Below are positions 62,131 through 62,452 of a stretch of 62,452 bases of DNA, in pieces (the first letter of the stretch is position 1; the number at the start of each line of letters is the position of its first letter). Position numbers and translations under genes: made by a program. This DNA comes from Vicinamibacterales bacterium (GTDB taxonomy: Bacteria; Acidobacteriota; Vicinamibacteria; Vicinamibacterales; UBA2999). The stretch lies in assembly GCA_036742665.1 (NCBI GenBank), contig DAINQP010000006.1, forward strand, positions 1 through 62,452, written 5' to 3'. The notes beneath the pieces are model-generated. The model was not told the origin of the DNA, made no database searches, and was given only the letters and a program-made list of their open reading frames with translations.

Positions 62131-62452
62131 ACTTCACCTCGTCCGCCTCGCCCTCGCTCCTCACGTAGTGTCCGCCTTCCGCCTTCGCATAAAGCTTCGG
62201 CGGACCGGCAGTCCGGCTAAAGCCGGACACTCCGTACGTAGCCAACGCGTCACGGACTTGAACCACTTGCCCGACAACGACGACCCCGGGAATGCCCTCC
62301 GGCGGTGCAACAGATTCCACGTCGGCGAGCCGCCCGGTCCACGTCCATTCATCGGCCGTGGACGCGCCGCAGACGATCGCGGCGCGCGTCTCGCCAGACC
62401 AGCCGTGGGCGATCAACCGTGTCGCGAGCTCGCCGCGATGCGTGAGACCCAT
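62117..62452 (-). CDS. Uroporphyrinogen-III C-methyltransferase / siroheme synthase, C-terminal part only (runs off the window edge)
   Basis: MGL....ELA.RLIAHG....T.AAIV.GAST...W.GRL, PGVVVVGQVV; adjacent to the siroheme enzyme gene. Confidence 0.8.
   Translation of the reverse strand: MGLTHRGELATRLIAHGWSGETRAAIVCGASTADEWTWTGRLADVESVAPPEGIPGVVVVGQVVQVRDALATYGVSGFSRTAGPPKLYAKAEGGHYVRSEGEADEVKYGRS
62165..62230. repeat. Composite REP (GTAGTGTCCG + CCGCCTTCGC..AAGCTTCGGCGG + GTCCGGCTAAAGCCGGAC) inside a CDS
   Basis: Same GTCCGGCT..AGCCGGAC stem as at 12350 and 26383; translates as VSGFSRT-AGPPKLYAKAEG. Confidence 0.8.

Overview
High-GC chromosomal segment from a bacterium that is very probably an Acidobacteriota (Vicinamibacteria-like) member; this is inferred from TIGR03435-like and acidobacterial VWA-type proteins and from the repeat types. 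I annotate about 57 protein-coding regions and found no rRNA, tRNA, CRISPR array, transposase or prophage. Housekeeping and metabolic genes include lon, a YcaQ-type glycosylase, a tripartite RND efflux operon, two two-component systems, a yitJ-type Hcy methyltransferase/MetF, an orphan nuoI, lepB, a LigM-type O-demethylase with an aromatic-acid MFS transporter, rex-moaC, an OPT transporter, plsC, carD, a sulfite/nitrite reductase and the end of a siroheme-synthesis methyltransferase. The most unusual items are: (1) an orphan lasso-type RRE (PqqD) + B2 peptidase pair, in which the RRE has no in-frame start codon and sits in frame behind an ExeA-SPOR ATPase, separated by a single TGA; (2) a VOC / HExxH peptidase / non-Ddl ATP-grasp cassette; (3) about a dozen degenerate 7-nt-period, often inverted, repeat elements plus GTAG-type REPs, several translated in frame inside proteins; (4) many TANNNT boxes 6-8 nt before start codons, suggesting leaderless transcription, including two bidirectional -10 cores; (5) two unannotated small proteins near 56.3-56.8 kb. 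All product calls come from motif recognition by eye; no searches were run.
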